Assembly (NCBI RefSeq): GCF_006345805.1
Contig: NW_021830454.1
Span: 1 to 64,000, forward strand
Direction: 5' to 3'
Source: Octopus sinensis
Taxonomy: Eukaryota
DNA length: 64,000 nt
Numbering within the stretch: position 1 is the stretch's first letter; each line of letters begins with the position of its first letter. The notes beneath the pieces are model-generated. The model saw only the letters and a program-made list of their open reading frames with translations. It had not been told where the DNA came from and ran no database searches. The position numbers were made by a program, and so were the translations under genes. Positions 39,903 through 53,210 of this stretch are shown piece after piece.

Positions 39903-40408
39903 TGTATGTATGTATGTATGTATGTACGCATGTATGTATGTATGTATGTATGTTGTTATTCAGTTTTATTTCAAGATTTCTTGCCAATATAGAAAGAACC
40001 AAGGCTCTTTCATTGAATTTTCAGTAACATCCACAGGATATTTGTTCATTTTTGTGTGCATGTGTGTACTATTTGGAGTTGGCGCATGAGCGGATTTGCA
40101 TAGTTTTTCTATGTATGGATTTTCATGCATGTAGCTGCATGTCTAGACATACGCATAAATACTTAAATACTAAACTTTTGGAAAGATTTACACATTTTTA
40201 CAGTTCCATTAAAGACTTAAATCCGAAATTTTTGCAATTAACTTAGTTCTTCCTGATTTTGAGAAAACTAATTTCTAAAGGGTGGTGCTTAGACAGTTTG
40301 TTACATTTCCCACTATCCCGATGTTTGCAGGTATAAACCTGAACTTGCAATCCATGTTGAGTAACTATAAGTTCTTCAATAGTTCAGTGTAGGCGTTTTG
40401 ATTTTCAC
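37985..40408 (-). mobile_element. cluster of five fragments of an R4/Dong-like RLE retrotransposon (family 1) interleaved with (CATA)n
   Basis: CRLCG knuckle, CKHNRPDIMTWD...EFSCP RLE motif, YPDYKFRFIP. Fragments at about 37985-38177, 38311-38686, 38760-39590, 39731-39870 and 39953-40408. Confidence 0.85.
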
Positions 40409-40418
40409 AACGACATAT

Positions 40419-40480
40419 GTCCGTGGTTAAGAGACCGGCCTACTAACCCCAAGAGTCCGAGTTCGATTCCAGGCAGTGAA

Positions 40481-40552
<72 letters not shown>
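40419..40552 (+). mobile_element. short tRNA-derived head with (AAT)n tract
   Basis: GTGGTTAAGAG (A-box-like), GAGTTCGATTCC (B-box-like), then (AAT)n 40484-40552. Confidence 0.6.
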
Positions 40553-42571
40553 CCGCCACACATGGATCCTCGAAACACTAGTCATTAACAAAGTAGCACC
40601 AACAATTATAAAATACATAGGACACTCTATGAATAAATGGCAAACAGTTCTACAGCTCCAAACAAAAGAGGGACTCATGAAAACCAAAGCCATCCCCAGT
40701 AGAAGAGGAATATTCCAGGGAGACACGCTCTCTCCACTCCTTTTCTGCTTGGCACTGTCACCTCTATCTTATATGCTAAATAGAACTGGATGCGAATATA
40801 AATGTTACGGCAAAAAATCAGCCACCTTTTATATATGGATGACCTAAAACTATACGCTGCAAATGACAAAAAGCTGGAAACACTATTAAAAACAGTTCAT
40901 GGATTTACCAAAGAAATAGATATGAAATTTGGATTAGAAAAATGCGCCAAAGTAACCATGAAAATAGGAAAACTAGTTAAGAGTAGCAACATCACACTAG
41001 ATATAACCAATGAAATAAAAGAATTAGACCAAAGCCAAACTTAAAAATACCTAGGAATCCATGAACTAGATAAGACACAACACACACAAATGGAAGAGAA
41101 GATAAAAAAAGAATATTATAGACGAGTTAGATCAATACTAAAAACAGAGCTCAATGCTTAAAACAAAATAATAGGCATTAACACTTTAGCCGTCCCAGTT
41201 ATAAGTTACAGCTACAATATCCTTAACTGGACACTAAATGACCTGACCAAAATAGATAGGAAAACAAGAAAAATAATGACAGGATCTAGGATTCATCACC
41301 CAAAATCTGACATAGAAAGACTATATATACAACGTATAGAAGGTGGTAGAGGCCTTATACAGCTGGAAAACTACTATAAAATAACCACCATAGGACTGCA
41401 AAAATATCTACTTCAGAAGGAAGGCAAACTGATACAAAGAGCGGCAAAACAATAGCAAAACAAAAAACTGTTCTCAGTATTTAAGGAAGCTGACATGTAC
41501 AAACAAGAAATCATACCACCTAGCAGATATGAAAAGAAGAAGAAGAAGAAGAAGAAGAAGAAGAAGAAGAAGAAAAGAAGAAGAAGAAGAAGAAGAAGAA
41601 GAAGAAGAAGAAGAAACAAAAGCTATAAAACAAATGAAATCCAAATTAAAACTAGGACAACAACGAACTATGATAAAACGATGGCAAGAAAAGCCCCATC
41701 ATGGCAAATACTGGACTAAACTAAATGCAAAAGAAATAGACAAAGAAAAATCCCAGCAATGTTTGAGAAGCTCAGGACTCAAAGCAGAGACAGAGGGATT
41801 TTTAATTGCAGCACAAGACCAAAGCCTCCCCACCAGAAATTACCAAAAACATGTAATGAAAAGATATATAACAAGTAACTGCAGAATATGTGGAGATGGA
41901 CAAGAAACAATAAATCATATTATCTCTGGCTGCCCAGTCCTGGCTAAGAAGGAATATATTCACAGACACGACAGTGTTCGGACCTACATACACTGGAAGC
42001 TATGCCAACATTATGGAATAACAACAAAAAAAGATGGTATAGGCACACACCAGAAAAGGTCACAGAAAACGAGAAAGCAACCATACTCTGGGATATGCCG
42101 ATACACACAGATAGAGAAATTAAGGCCAACAGACCAGATATAGTTGCCAGAGATCATGAAGGAAAAAATGCTTTCTTATTGATGTATCAATACCAGCAGA
42201 TGACAACGTGTCTCTAAAAGAAATGGAGAAACTTTCAAAATACAAAGACCTGGAAATAGAGGTAACCAGAATGTGGAATCTAAAAACAGAAACAATTTCT
42301 ATCATAGTGGGTGCATTAGGCATGACAAAAAAATGTTCAGACAAATACATAACAAAAACACCAGGACTTACAAATACATATAACATACAGAAAATTGCAC
42401 TACTAGGCACTGCACACATCCTACGCAGAACACTTTCCATACAATAACCATCAGATCATCACAACAAATCACAGCACATACACAAGGTACACAGAGCTGC
42501 GCTCGGTAGTGAAGTGAAAGCACGCTATAAAAATAAAACTACGAAAGAATAATAATAATAATAATAATAAT
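40553..42571 (+). mobile_element. R4/Dong-clade non-LTR retrotransposon (family 2), 5'-truncated, flanked by (TAA)n
   Basis: PHTWI, RGIFQGDTLSPLLFC, HLLYMDDLKLYA, GGRGL, CRICGDGQETINHIISGC, NRPDIV (RLE), several stops; (AAT)n on both flanks. Confidence 0.92.
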
Positions 42572-42646
42572 GCCGATGGAGATGATGATGATGGTAAACG
42601 CGCACTACTTAAATCATAAATACATAGATAGATATACCCATTTATT

Positions 42647-42697
<51 letters not shown>

Positions 42698-43189
42698 CAT
42701 GATTGCCTATGTGTGATTCTCTGTGCTTAATTTCGCACCGTATTTATATATGCTGTAACCTCATGGAAATCGTTTATGATGTGATTATGTGAAGTAGCTC
42801 ATACGGGAATGGAAACCGCTTCGTAAAATTATTGCAAGCGATAACCAGCACCGTAAAAACATATAGAATCTGATACGGAAAGCTTATATAAATGACAATC
42901 TTAAATGAAAAATTATTAAAAAAAAATTTATACATAAATATTTCAAGCAAGTGATAAAACATTTGCCGAAATTTTCTTCTCTGATACATAGATTCCATCG
43001 AAATTTCTTTGCCAAAAATTCATCATTTCTTTCGTGCTTCTGCCCCACACCGTTTTATTTCTTCATTTACCGTTTTCTTTTTTTTTCTTTTCATTATTAA
43101 AGTAGCAAAAAAACGTCCAGCATTTTCACCTTATGATCAAATATTTTCTTATAAACATGCTTTTTTTATCATCTAACAATTTTTTTTAA

Positions 43190-43200
43190 TTCCATATTTT

Positions 43201-43264
<64 letters not shown>

Positions 43265-43394
43265 ATTATTATTATCATTATTATTACCATTATCGGTGTT
43301 CATCATCAATGTTCGTTTACTTATTATTTTGTTATTACTGATCTTATTGTTCTTAACTTTCTCCTTGTTTCTCATATTTCTTCGGTCATTATTT

Positions 43395-43450
<56 letters not shown>

Positions 43451-43705
43451 GTAATTTTTATTGTTAATTTTTTTTTGTAATATAATATCGAATTACCCTC
43501 GTAGTTAACTAATATCAAACACTGAAATATCTCCATATTTTACGCATATATATACATATATATATTATATATATATATATATATATAATATATATATATA
43601 TAATATATATATATATATGTATATATATATGCATCCATATGTATGTATATATATATGCGTACACAGAGATTTAATGGCATACATATGTGTATATATACAT
43701 ATATG

Positions 43706-43757
<52 letters not shown>

Positions 43758-45170
43758 TATATATTCATATATATATTAATGTATATATATGTATGTATAC
43801 ATGAATATGTACATATACGTACATATATTTTGTTTTGAAATATGATAAAGCTTAATAATAAATAGAAAAGGGGCCAGTGAAAATGGAGGAAAAATATGAA
43901 ATAATATATTTGTCCAAACATCGAGGATGTATCAAAAATCTCAGTAATATTTCTCTTTTCTTCTTCTTCTTCTCTCTGAGAGTCTTACTACTCTTCCTTC
44001 CCCTTCTATTTCTCTCTCTCTAACACACACATACACACACATTACTGAGTTTCATAAATTCACCGCAAACCTCCATGATACGCTTATAGTTTTTTTGATA
44101 TATTTTTATACAATTTTTCTTTATTAACATTATTTTTTTTAATCGAAAGAAGAGAAAAAAAAAGCCTGGCACGATGGCAATATGTGAGTAAGTATGTGTG
44201 CATTTAAGTTATTTTATTTTTTTCAGTGTCAAAGAAAAGGGTGGGTGGCGTAGATTGATGGTGCAAAAAAACATAATCAGCTTATATTATGGTTTAATAA
44301 TATAAAAAATATATTGCTATATATATATTTATACACTATTATTTATATCTAAACATATAAGCATACGTGCTCTCAGAAAATAGAGAAGGATATAAATATA
44401 CATGCATCATCATATATATATATATATATGCTTGTGTGTATGTACATATATATACGTATATATATATATATATATATATATTAATATATATCTATGCTCA
44501 TGGCTATATTATATATATATATAGCTATAGATATATACATATAATTATATATATATATATACGCGTGCGAGCTATGATATGCATATCATACATAAAGCGT
44601 AATGGCTATATAGTTTGTTATTCCTTCAATCAATTTTAAAATAATGTATCGCTTGTCTCATTTCTTGTCCTTTGTTTTGTACTCCGTATTCATACTGTGC
44701 TATTCTCTCTCTCTCTCTCTCTCTTACTTTCACTTTCACTTTCTCTTTATCTTTCTTCCCTTCTTTCTTTCTTCTTGGGGGTGCTCTTCATGATCATGGT
44801 AGGGGTGCAGTGTTTGGTTGGTTTCCATTTAGTTTTGACGAACATTATTTAACTGACCTGCCTTTTGGAAAGCTAACAATATTAACAACAACAACGACAA
44901 CAACAGCAACAACAAGTACAAGAACAACAACATCAATAACAATAATAATATTAATAATAATAAGGATGATGATGATGATGATGATAATAATAATAATAAT
45001 ATTATTATTAATAATAATAATAGTAAAATAATGATAATAGTAATAGCGATAATAATAACAATAATAGTAACAATGATTATAAAATCAATAATAATATTAA
45101 TAATGGTAATATTCAAAATATTGAAATCATAATAATATTACTAATAATAGTTATATTAGCAGGGATAATG

Positions 45171-45221
<51 letters not shown>

Positions 45222-45360
45222 GTGATCATGATAATAATAACAATATTGGTAGATATTTATAAGATTCATGTCTAATAATAACAATAATAAAAATCATAAT
45301 AAGAATAATAACATAATGATGATAAATAGAAAAAAATTTTCATAATATAATACTATTAAG
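43190..45360. repeat. (ATT)/(AT)/(AAT) low-complexity region
   Basis: Direct reading. Confidence 0.8.
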
Positions 45361-45643
45361 TTGAACTTATTAAGTGAAGACAAAAGGGATAGTTAATATA
45401 GGAAAGAAATATATGCAAATGAAAGGAAACGAACGTTGCGGCAAAAAGAAACAATAGTAACAATAACAAAACTTCAAAATGTCAATGTGACTTCATTTAA
45501 TATGAAGGCCATCCCCACCCACACATCGAGTAATTATTGTCTATCATCTGATGAATTTATTTTATTTTATTTTATTTTTTTTATTCAGTTTTTTGTAAAG
45601 TGATATTTTATAAAATAGAGTTAGTTATTATAAGTTGGCTCAG

Positions 45644-45854
45644 AAGGCGACGAAATGGCAGAGTTGTTTATGTATGGGATAGATTGTATTGCGGTATATA
45701 TATTCCAACGCTTTACGTACTGAGTTCGAATTCCACCGAAGCCGATTTTGACTGATTTTGATCCAGCGCTGATTAAAGCAGCGAAATTGCGGAGACGAGG
45801 ATCGAATAACACCCTACCAATAAAAATTGCGGGTCATGTTCTTAAATCAGAAAC
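45644..45854 (+). mobile_element. diverged SINE-like family B copy
   Basis: AAGGCGACGAAATGGCAG...TACGTACTGAGTTCGAATTCCACCGAAGCCGATTTTG. Confidence 0.6.
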
Positions 45855-46038
45855 ATTTAAAAGTTCATTCGAAAAGCGGATAGAAAGCGTTGTATGTGCG
45901 CGCGTGTGTGTGTGTGTGTGTGTGTTGTGTCTATATATATCTTAAGTAAAATCATAAATCTGAAAAGGAAGCACACTCTAAGTATCAGAGCAGCAGAGTA
46001 ATTAGCTAAAGATAGTTCAGGCCGGACCCTGGGGTTAC

Positions 46039-46177
46039 CCATATTTTCTCCTCGATAAAGCGCTTAACTTTACGGCATCTCTCCAGATACTCTAATGGCA
46101 ACTGGCCTATAATATCTCTTCTAATTTGAAGGAGAAATGATTCTTTCTCTTTCCACTTTGAAGAGAAGTTATAGGGT
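46039..46177 (-). CDS. candidate internal coding exon of an unidentified host gene
   Basis: Acceptor CTTCTCTTCAG, donor TGG|GTAACC; the only open frame gives PYNFSSKWKEKESFLLQIRRDIIGQLPLEYLERCRKVKRFIEEKIW (139 nt, phase 2 to 0); non-repetitive sequence. Confidence 0.45.
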
Positions 46178-46479
46178 CTGAAGAGAAGCCTTAATACTAA
46201 GAGATTTATGGGCATGAAACACAGGTAAACACATATACAGGCAATAACTATCTTCATCTTGTTAATATATATATATATGCATGTATGTATATGCGTGCGT
46301 ATGTATCACTGTAACGAAAATCGGATGTTGTTATACATCGCTGGTCACAATGTGTTTCCTCGTGTTGTTGTAAATTTCGCTGGCTAGGTAGGCAGGTCAG
46401 CATTCCCTCTCAACGGAAAGTGAGTCCGTTGAAGGGCTATCCATTTACCACTAGGGTAAATGTCTGGGGCTTTTTCTTA

Positions 46480-46521
<42 letters not shown>

Positions 46522-47370
46522 ATATAGGGAGTAAATCCAAATTTACAGGGAAAATTAGATTTAGGATTAAATCCAATTTCACAGTATAAATATAAATTAA
46601 ATTAGAGATAATATATGTATATATACATTGATGCTATAGGAATTTTAAAATTGCGAGACCATACAATATTTTTTTCTTTTAACGGTGAAAATCGAGTAAT
46701 TACTGTGTTAAAAACGGAGGGAAAATCTTGAGAAAGGTTTCTGGTCCTATGGTTGAGCGACTGTCATATTTATAGGAGGCATGTGTTCAATTTCCACGAT
46801 CAAGGTTTGAATTTTTCAAACGAAAGGCATTCTTTAACCCAATAAATACACGCTATTATTTATAGCTTTATCTGCTTCGAAATTCAACTTCCAAGGAAAT
46901 AATCTAAATATACACATATATGGGAATGTGTGTTAATGACATTCCTAAATATTTTATTTCTTCATATTTTGTAACTTAAATTAATAATTTTACCTTATGT
47001 GACATATAAATTTTTAACATTTCGAATGAGATGGAATAACGGTTAATTTGTGGCTAGAACTCCATGCCAATCTATGTTATCCAATTTTCAATCAAATTCT
47101 GAACGTATTTAGTCCTTTCATTTTCGTTTGGTGTCATATAACTTTTCGGAATGTACGGTTCAAACTGAATTTTAATCGGTAAATATGGAGAAAGTATTTT
47201 GGACCGTTTCTAAAACTATGTCTTATCCCACACCGAAAACAATGAAGATAAAAAGATAAATCGAATCTGCTGTTTTATTCTACTCTCCGATGTTCTGTGT
47301 ATTTTTCAAGTGTTTACAACCCTTAAAGTAAATTAGATGACAAGCACACACACTCACACACACACACACA

Positions 47371-47437
<67 letters not shown>

Positions 47438-47567
47438 AACACACACACACACTCACACACACTCACACAATGAGTTGAAAGGAATATGTAATCCTGGCGG
47501 TTACCGTGTTTCCACTTAAATCGCTTTCATATGTCGGCTAATCACGACAAACCTTTTGTGATATCCG

Positions 47568-47707
47568 AGTTAGCAACAAGTTGGCCTCGGGTTCAGTCCA
47601 ACTGCGTGGCACCCTGGGCAAGTGTCTTCTACTATAGCCTCGGGCCGACCAAATCCTTGTGAGTGGATTTGGTAGACGGAAACTGAAAGAAGCCTGTCGT
47701 ATATATG

Positions 47708-47756
<49 letters not shown>

Positions 47757-47961
47757 ATATGTTTGTGTGCCTATGTTTGTCCCCCCAACATCGCTTGACA
47801 ACCGACGCTGGTGTGTTTACGTCCCCGTAAGGTAGCGGTTCGGCAAAAGGAGACCGATAGAATAAGTACTAGGCTTACAAAGAATAAGTCCTGGTGTCGA
47901 TTTGCTCGACTAAAAGCGGTGCTCCCGCATGGCCAGAGTCAAATAACTGAAACAAGTAAAA
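47568..47961 (+). mobile_element. SINE family A copy (5'-degenerate)
   Basis: Close match to 1010-1355, including GGGCAAGTGTCTTCTACTATAGCC and the CTGAAACAAGTAAAA tail. Confidence 0.9.
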
Positions 47962-48283
47962 CCCTGGCAATTATTTTCATTGGGTACATCTAAGTGTCCT
48001 ATTCATTTCATTACATCGTGCAAACGTAAAGCCTATTTTTATTATATTCATTGTATTCACGGTACACGTTTCTTAATAATGAGAAATTTGTGACTTCAGA
48101 GTATTAACTCCTGTTTCTAACAAGCTGGTATTTCGGTATCCTAATTTATTTGTATATTTTGCATTTTTAGGTTAAACATCTTGACCACTTTATTATTGTT
48201 ATTTTTAGTAATGGTAATTATTCAACTACGCAATTACTCACAAGCAGCATCTTTCAGAGCTTGTCGCTAATCCAGTTCTTTAC

Positions 48284-48494
48284 CAAATGGAAAACTGCTA
48301 ACATTTTTGAAGAGGGTTGGTCCCTAACTACATTTTGGTCCAGTAAGAAAAAGTTTACATCAAAATTTGTAGTGATGTTACAGGAGAGTAAATAACGCCA
48401 CCAATCAAGTTTAGATGAAAATAACTTAGTTTCAATGATAGAAGAAGGCGTGAAGAATTTCATAGTTTTGATCCCATGCAACAGAAATTTGTAT
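48284..48494 (-). CDS. weak candidate exon
   Basis: Acceptor TTTTCACAACTTTTTAG, donor TTG|GTAAAG, 211 nt open in one frame (YKFLLHGIKT...MLAVFHL); peptide unrecognised. Confidence 0.25.
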
Positions 48495-49094
48495 CTAAAA
48501 AGTTGTGAAAACAAATGTATCATATATAAGACAAAAGATTGGGTTTAACAATAATTAATCTTTTTAATTTTGGAAACAAACCCTATTTTAATTAACCTCA
48601 AATGATAGAGCTCAATTCGAGGAATTTCATGATATCAATCTCATGTAACGAAGTTTTAAAAGAAAAAAAATTTATGAGTGTTTCTTTCTCGAATCTGAGG
48701 GTGATAATATATTTATGAATATAATTCTAGGGGAATTTTGATACATGTCACCGGCATCATTGAGGTAACGAAAAATTATCAAAGACACCGCTAATTGACA
48801 CATATGACACATTGTTAATTAGCATAATACCATAGCCTGTAAAAATCTTGGATTATATGAAAAATGCGAGCAAGAGAAATAATATTCTTAATATAATTTG
48901 GAAAAGTTCAGGACAAGTTATAACATCTGGTAAAGTAAACAAGAAAATTTTTACTTACAATATTGCAGCTAAGGATAAAATAGTTTAATTGAGTTATCTT
49001 ATATTTTTAATAGAAGTAACACGTAATAACAAATAGAAGTGATAACTTGTAACATTCTTTTTTTTTAGTTTTAATAAAGGCTAATAATTTCCCC

Positions 49095-50288
49095 ACGAAT
49101 CCTTTCTTTCAAATGCTCAACAGTTCGAAGACGATTTCAGGAAACTTCTTCCTTTATATATACCCGGAAGAAAAAATCATAAGGGATTCTATCTGATGAC
49201 CTTGCCGGCCACTCCACGTCTTCCCTCAAAGAAATCATGATCAGTAAACATTTCCCTCGACATTCCAAGTGAACGTAGTGCTGTGTGTGCCCTTACTCCG
49301 TCTTGTTGAAACTATAGATGTTCGATATTCAACTTGTCCAGTTTAGGAGGCAAAATGTTCCTCAAAATTTCAATGTACCGGCCAGATGTAACCGTTACCG
49401 TTTCATCACTTTCTTCAAAAAGTACGGATCGATAAATTCAAATTCAAACTGCACACCAGTTACACTAGGAGAATGTAGCGGTCTTTTGTGGAGTTCATAA
49501 AGATTATGTTCAGCCCAGTAGCGAAAATTTTGCTTGTTTACGTTTCTTTGATATGGAAGCGAGCCTCATCGATACTCAGAAGAACAGCTGCAGCGGGAAC
49601 TTGTGCAAGAATATCTGCACATAGAGCTTTACGATTGTTATGATCTGTCTCGGTTAATTCTCAAACTAACTTCATTTTGTAAGGATGCAGTTTCAAATCA
49701 GCATGTAGAATCCTCCTCAAACTTCGGCTTGATATTCCTAACGGTATGCTGGCAGAAACGATAGCACGTTGGGCGAAATGCGTAGCCGTATTTCGTCTGC
49801 CGTTACGTTCTGAGTTCAAATTCCGCCGAGGTCGACTTTGCCTTTCATCCTTTCTGGTCGATAAATTAAGTATCAGTTACGCACTGTGGTCGATATAATT
49901 GACTTAATCCGTTTGTCTGTCCTTGTTTTTCCACTCTGTGTTTAGCCCCTCGTGGGTAGTAAAGAAATAGGTATGCTATGCTTATGAGCAGAACGCTGTG
50001 GCGATTGCTGAACAGATGCTGTCATTGATGCCACATTTTCTGGAGTTCTAACGGTTCTAGGTCTGTCAGGTGATTTTCTTTTCAATGTGGACCCAGTTGC
50101 ATGAAAGTTAGAAATCCTAAGCAAAAGGGTTTTCCGTTCTTGTACAGATGCATTTCAACCGACTGCAGAGGTAGAACTAAAAGACAGAATTTTTTTCAGT
50201 AATTAAAGATAAATACACAAATGGTAGATCTTAGCCGTCCAAACGAAACCTGCCCTGTCTCCCTACTTTTACTTATCTCCACACGGTG
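49095..50288 (-). mobile_element. Tc1/mariner-superfamily transposon remnant, DD41D (rosa)-like
   Basis: FHATGSTLKRKSPDRPRTVRTPENV, LRRILHADLKLHPYK, VNKQNFRYWA, PLHSP, FQQDG, EWPARSSD..PYDFF; about 41 residues between the second and third D after repairing one frameshift. Confidence 0.85.
49751..49969 (+). mobile_element. SINE-like family B inserted into the DD41D transposase
   Basis: Family B sequence flanked by the 8-bp duplication GGTATGCT (49743-49750 and 49970-49977); removing it restores KHSIPLGISSRS. Confidence 0.85.
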
Positions 50289-50858
50289 CTTTCTCTAAAT
50301 GTGGAAGATTCTTATGCTGCACCCTCTATATTTCTTCAGCTGTAGAGAAGCGGGGCGTTAGAGAATGAGAAATTTAGAGGTTCATAATCATTGACAGAAT
50401 GGCTCTGTTGCTGGTTTATAATAACTCTATTTTGTTGTGTATATCTGTGTGCTTAATTTATGTATGTATATATCCGGTTATTTGTATATGTTAATGCTCA
50501 TTAAGATGTGTATATCTCTCAATTATTCTCTTAATGTCCATAAAGAAATTACATTTTTGAATATGACTGATTTAGAGCGCATGCGTGCGGCTAAATCTGA
50601 CCTTTCTAACAAGCATTTGTATATATAAGTAATTCCTTGTACATGTACATGAATGTATCAGGGTAAGTGTCGTACGTGTGTGTACCTCTGTTAATATGGG
50701 TGCATATATATCCGTAAATATTTGTGTATATTATATAACGATGCTGATGTGTGCGCATGACATAAAGAGATTCTTTTAAGTTTCCGTTTGGAAGCATTGG
50801 AGATGTGCAACAATTGAATGCATGCTGTGTATTTTCGTATCTATATATATATGTTTAG

Positions 50859-50909
<51 letters not shown>

Positions 50910-50947
50910 TAATGGTGCTTGTGCAGTTAGGTATAAAGTCATCTGTA

Positions 50948-51010
50948 TACGATAGTCCCGAAAAGTTCTTGACTTTGGATAAAAGAAAATACAGGAGGGT
51001 CAGTCAATCT
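50948..51010. mobile_element. mariner-derived MITE terminal fragment
   Basis: TACGATAGTCCCGAAAAGTTCTTGACTTTGGATAAAAGAAAATACAGGAGG matches 4265-4320. Confidence 0.5.
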
Positions 51011-51305
51011 TATATTTGAGGTGAAGGGCCTGAGAATGTCTTAGACCCTAGCATTCCTTCGAGAACGTTCCAATGAAATAAGAAAAAACAAGTCAAAAAA
51101 CAATAAAGATCCAGGGTCAGCATCTTCACCCTGATTCAATGGATCTATGACAAAATGCGTTCCAGGCTTGATCGTCCTGTCTTAATTATTCGAATCTCAT
51201 ACCTACTTTTAAATAGATTTACATAGAAAAACCTTGTAGAGAAAAAAGCGAGAATTATTTAAGAATTAGTGTAGAAGTGTTTCTGTCAAGCATAGATGTT
51301 CTTGG

Positions 51306-51669
51306 CGCTCCGCTGGTTACGACGTTGATCCGATCAACAGAATAGCCTGCTGGTGAAATTAACGTGCAAGTGGCTGAGCACTCCACAGACACGTGTACCA
51401 TTAACGTACTTCTTGGGGTGATTCAGCGTGACACGGAGTGTGACAAGGCTGGCTCTTTGAAATACAGGTACAAGAGAAACGGGAAGAAAGAGTGAGAGAA
51501 AGTTGTGGCGAAAGAGTACAACAGCGTTTGCCACCATCCCCTGCCGGAGCATCGTGGTACTGTAGGTGTTTTCGCTCAATGAAAACTCACAACACCCGGT
51601 CTGGGAATCGAAACCGCGATCATACGACCACGAGACCGCTGCTCTAAACTCTGGGCCATTGGGTCTACA
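51306..51669 (-). mobile_element. SINE family D, near full length
   Basis: Aligns to 4905-5100 and 54915-55213; B box GTTTCGATTCCCAGACC on the minus strand. Confidence 0.9.
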
Positions 51670-51691
51670 CCAACCATAGATGATTCTTCCG

Positions 51692-51769
51692 TAAAATACC
51701 ATGAGCATTGTGAATTAAAATACCATGAGACATTGTGAATTAAAATACCATGAGACAGTGAATTAAAAT
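51692..51769. repeat. minisatellite, 3 copies of a ~24-25 bp unit
   Basis: TAAAATACCATGAG(A)CATTGTGAAT repeated three times. Confidence 0.9.
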
Positions 51770-51999
51770 GTTAGTATGAAAGCCTGTGTGTATGAAAGAG
51801 AAAACGTGTGCGTGTGTGTGTGTGTGTGTGGCGTCATTTGAACGCTAAAACAATGCGAAGTGCATTGTGACCAGCGATGTGTAGCAAAATCTGATAGCCT
51901 GGTCGGTCACGGTGATATATATATACATATATATATACTTAATCATATCGAAGGGAAACGGAAATTAATAGAAATCCTATTTTTTTCAAAATCTACTGC

Positions 52000-52013
52000 G
52001 CATATATATATAT

Positions 52014-52045
<32 letters not shown>

Positions 52046-52228
52046 GTAGATAGATAGATAGATATAGATATAGATAGATAGATAGATATAGATAGATAGA
52101 TAGATAATACATACATATACACATACATACACATATATATATGTATATATGTATATATATGTATCTATCTATCTCTATATATATTTATATACCTATATAA
52201 ATATAGATGGATAGATAGATAGATAGAC

Positions 52229-52314
<86 letters not shown>

Positions 52315-52917
52315 CCTGCCTAATGTTGATTGTGTCTTTTCACGTAGCCTGTGAATTGTGAGATATGATTTTATGTGCTTCACAATATTTGTGAGAAAAA
52401 TCAAATGAACGGCAGTAGAACTATGGATGTATAAAATATACACTCGCAATCCTATATACATGGCAGCACTACAATGAAATACGACATGAAATTATCAGGA
52501 GTAGACGATGATAAACATATGCAAAAACTATAAAGCTATATATAAATAAAGGTGTACAGTGTGGTATACATACATATATTGTGTTATCATTGTTCTGTAA
52601 CGTGACCATCTTCCATTAAGAATTGAAGATGTGCATGTATACTTAAGGGAATACATACTTATACATGTAAATGTATGTGCATATATATATATGTTTGTGT
52701 GTGTGTGTGTGTTGGCGTGTGTGAGTTTGCATGTATGTATGCATGTACCATATATATTTTTATATAGTAAACACATTCACAAACGCTGTCACAGAAATAC
52801 TAAATATCATATACGCACACACACATTTATATATATATATATATACACACACATATACATACACACACACACACACACAACATATATATATATACACACA
52901 TATACATACACACACAC

Positions 52918-52948
<31 letters not shown>

Positions 52949-53166
52949 GCCTGTCTGTATGTATGTGTGTAGGTATATACGTTACATGCATACACATGTA
53001 ATTACATATAAATCTATGTGTATATATGTATATATATATGTGTATGTGTGTGTGCGGAGAGCGAGAAGTGGAACAGAGAGGCAGATAGAAATATAGATAA
53101 ATAGGTAGATATTCACATAATTGGGTATCCTTATTTTAATAATCTGTTGTTAAATAAATCTTGTCA

Positions 53167-53210
<44 letters not shown>

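Noticed and set aside
40419-40483. tRNA gene, and likewise the SINE heads at 3444, 5100, 22400 and 30499
   Set aside because: A and B boxes are present but there is no complete cloverleaf or acceptor stem; these are SINE-derived.
47060-47195. Minus-strand open frame KRSKILSPYLPIKIQFEP... as the phase-bridging exon
   Set aside because: It would need a poor CC|GTACAT donor; otherwise the frame ends in a stop.
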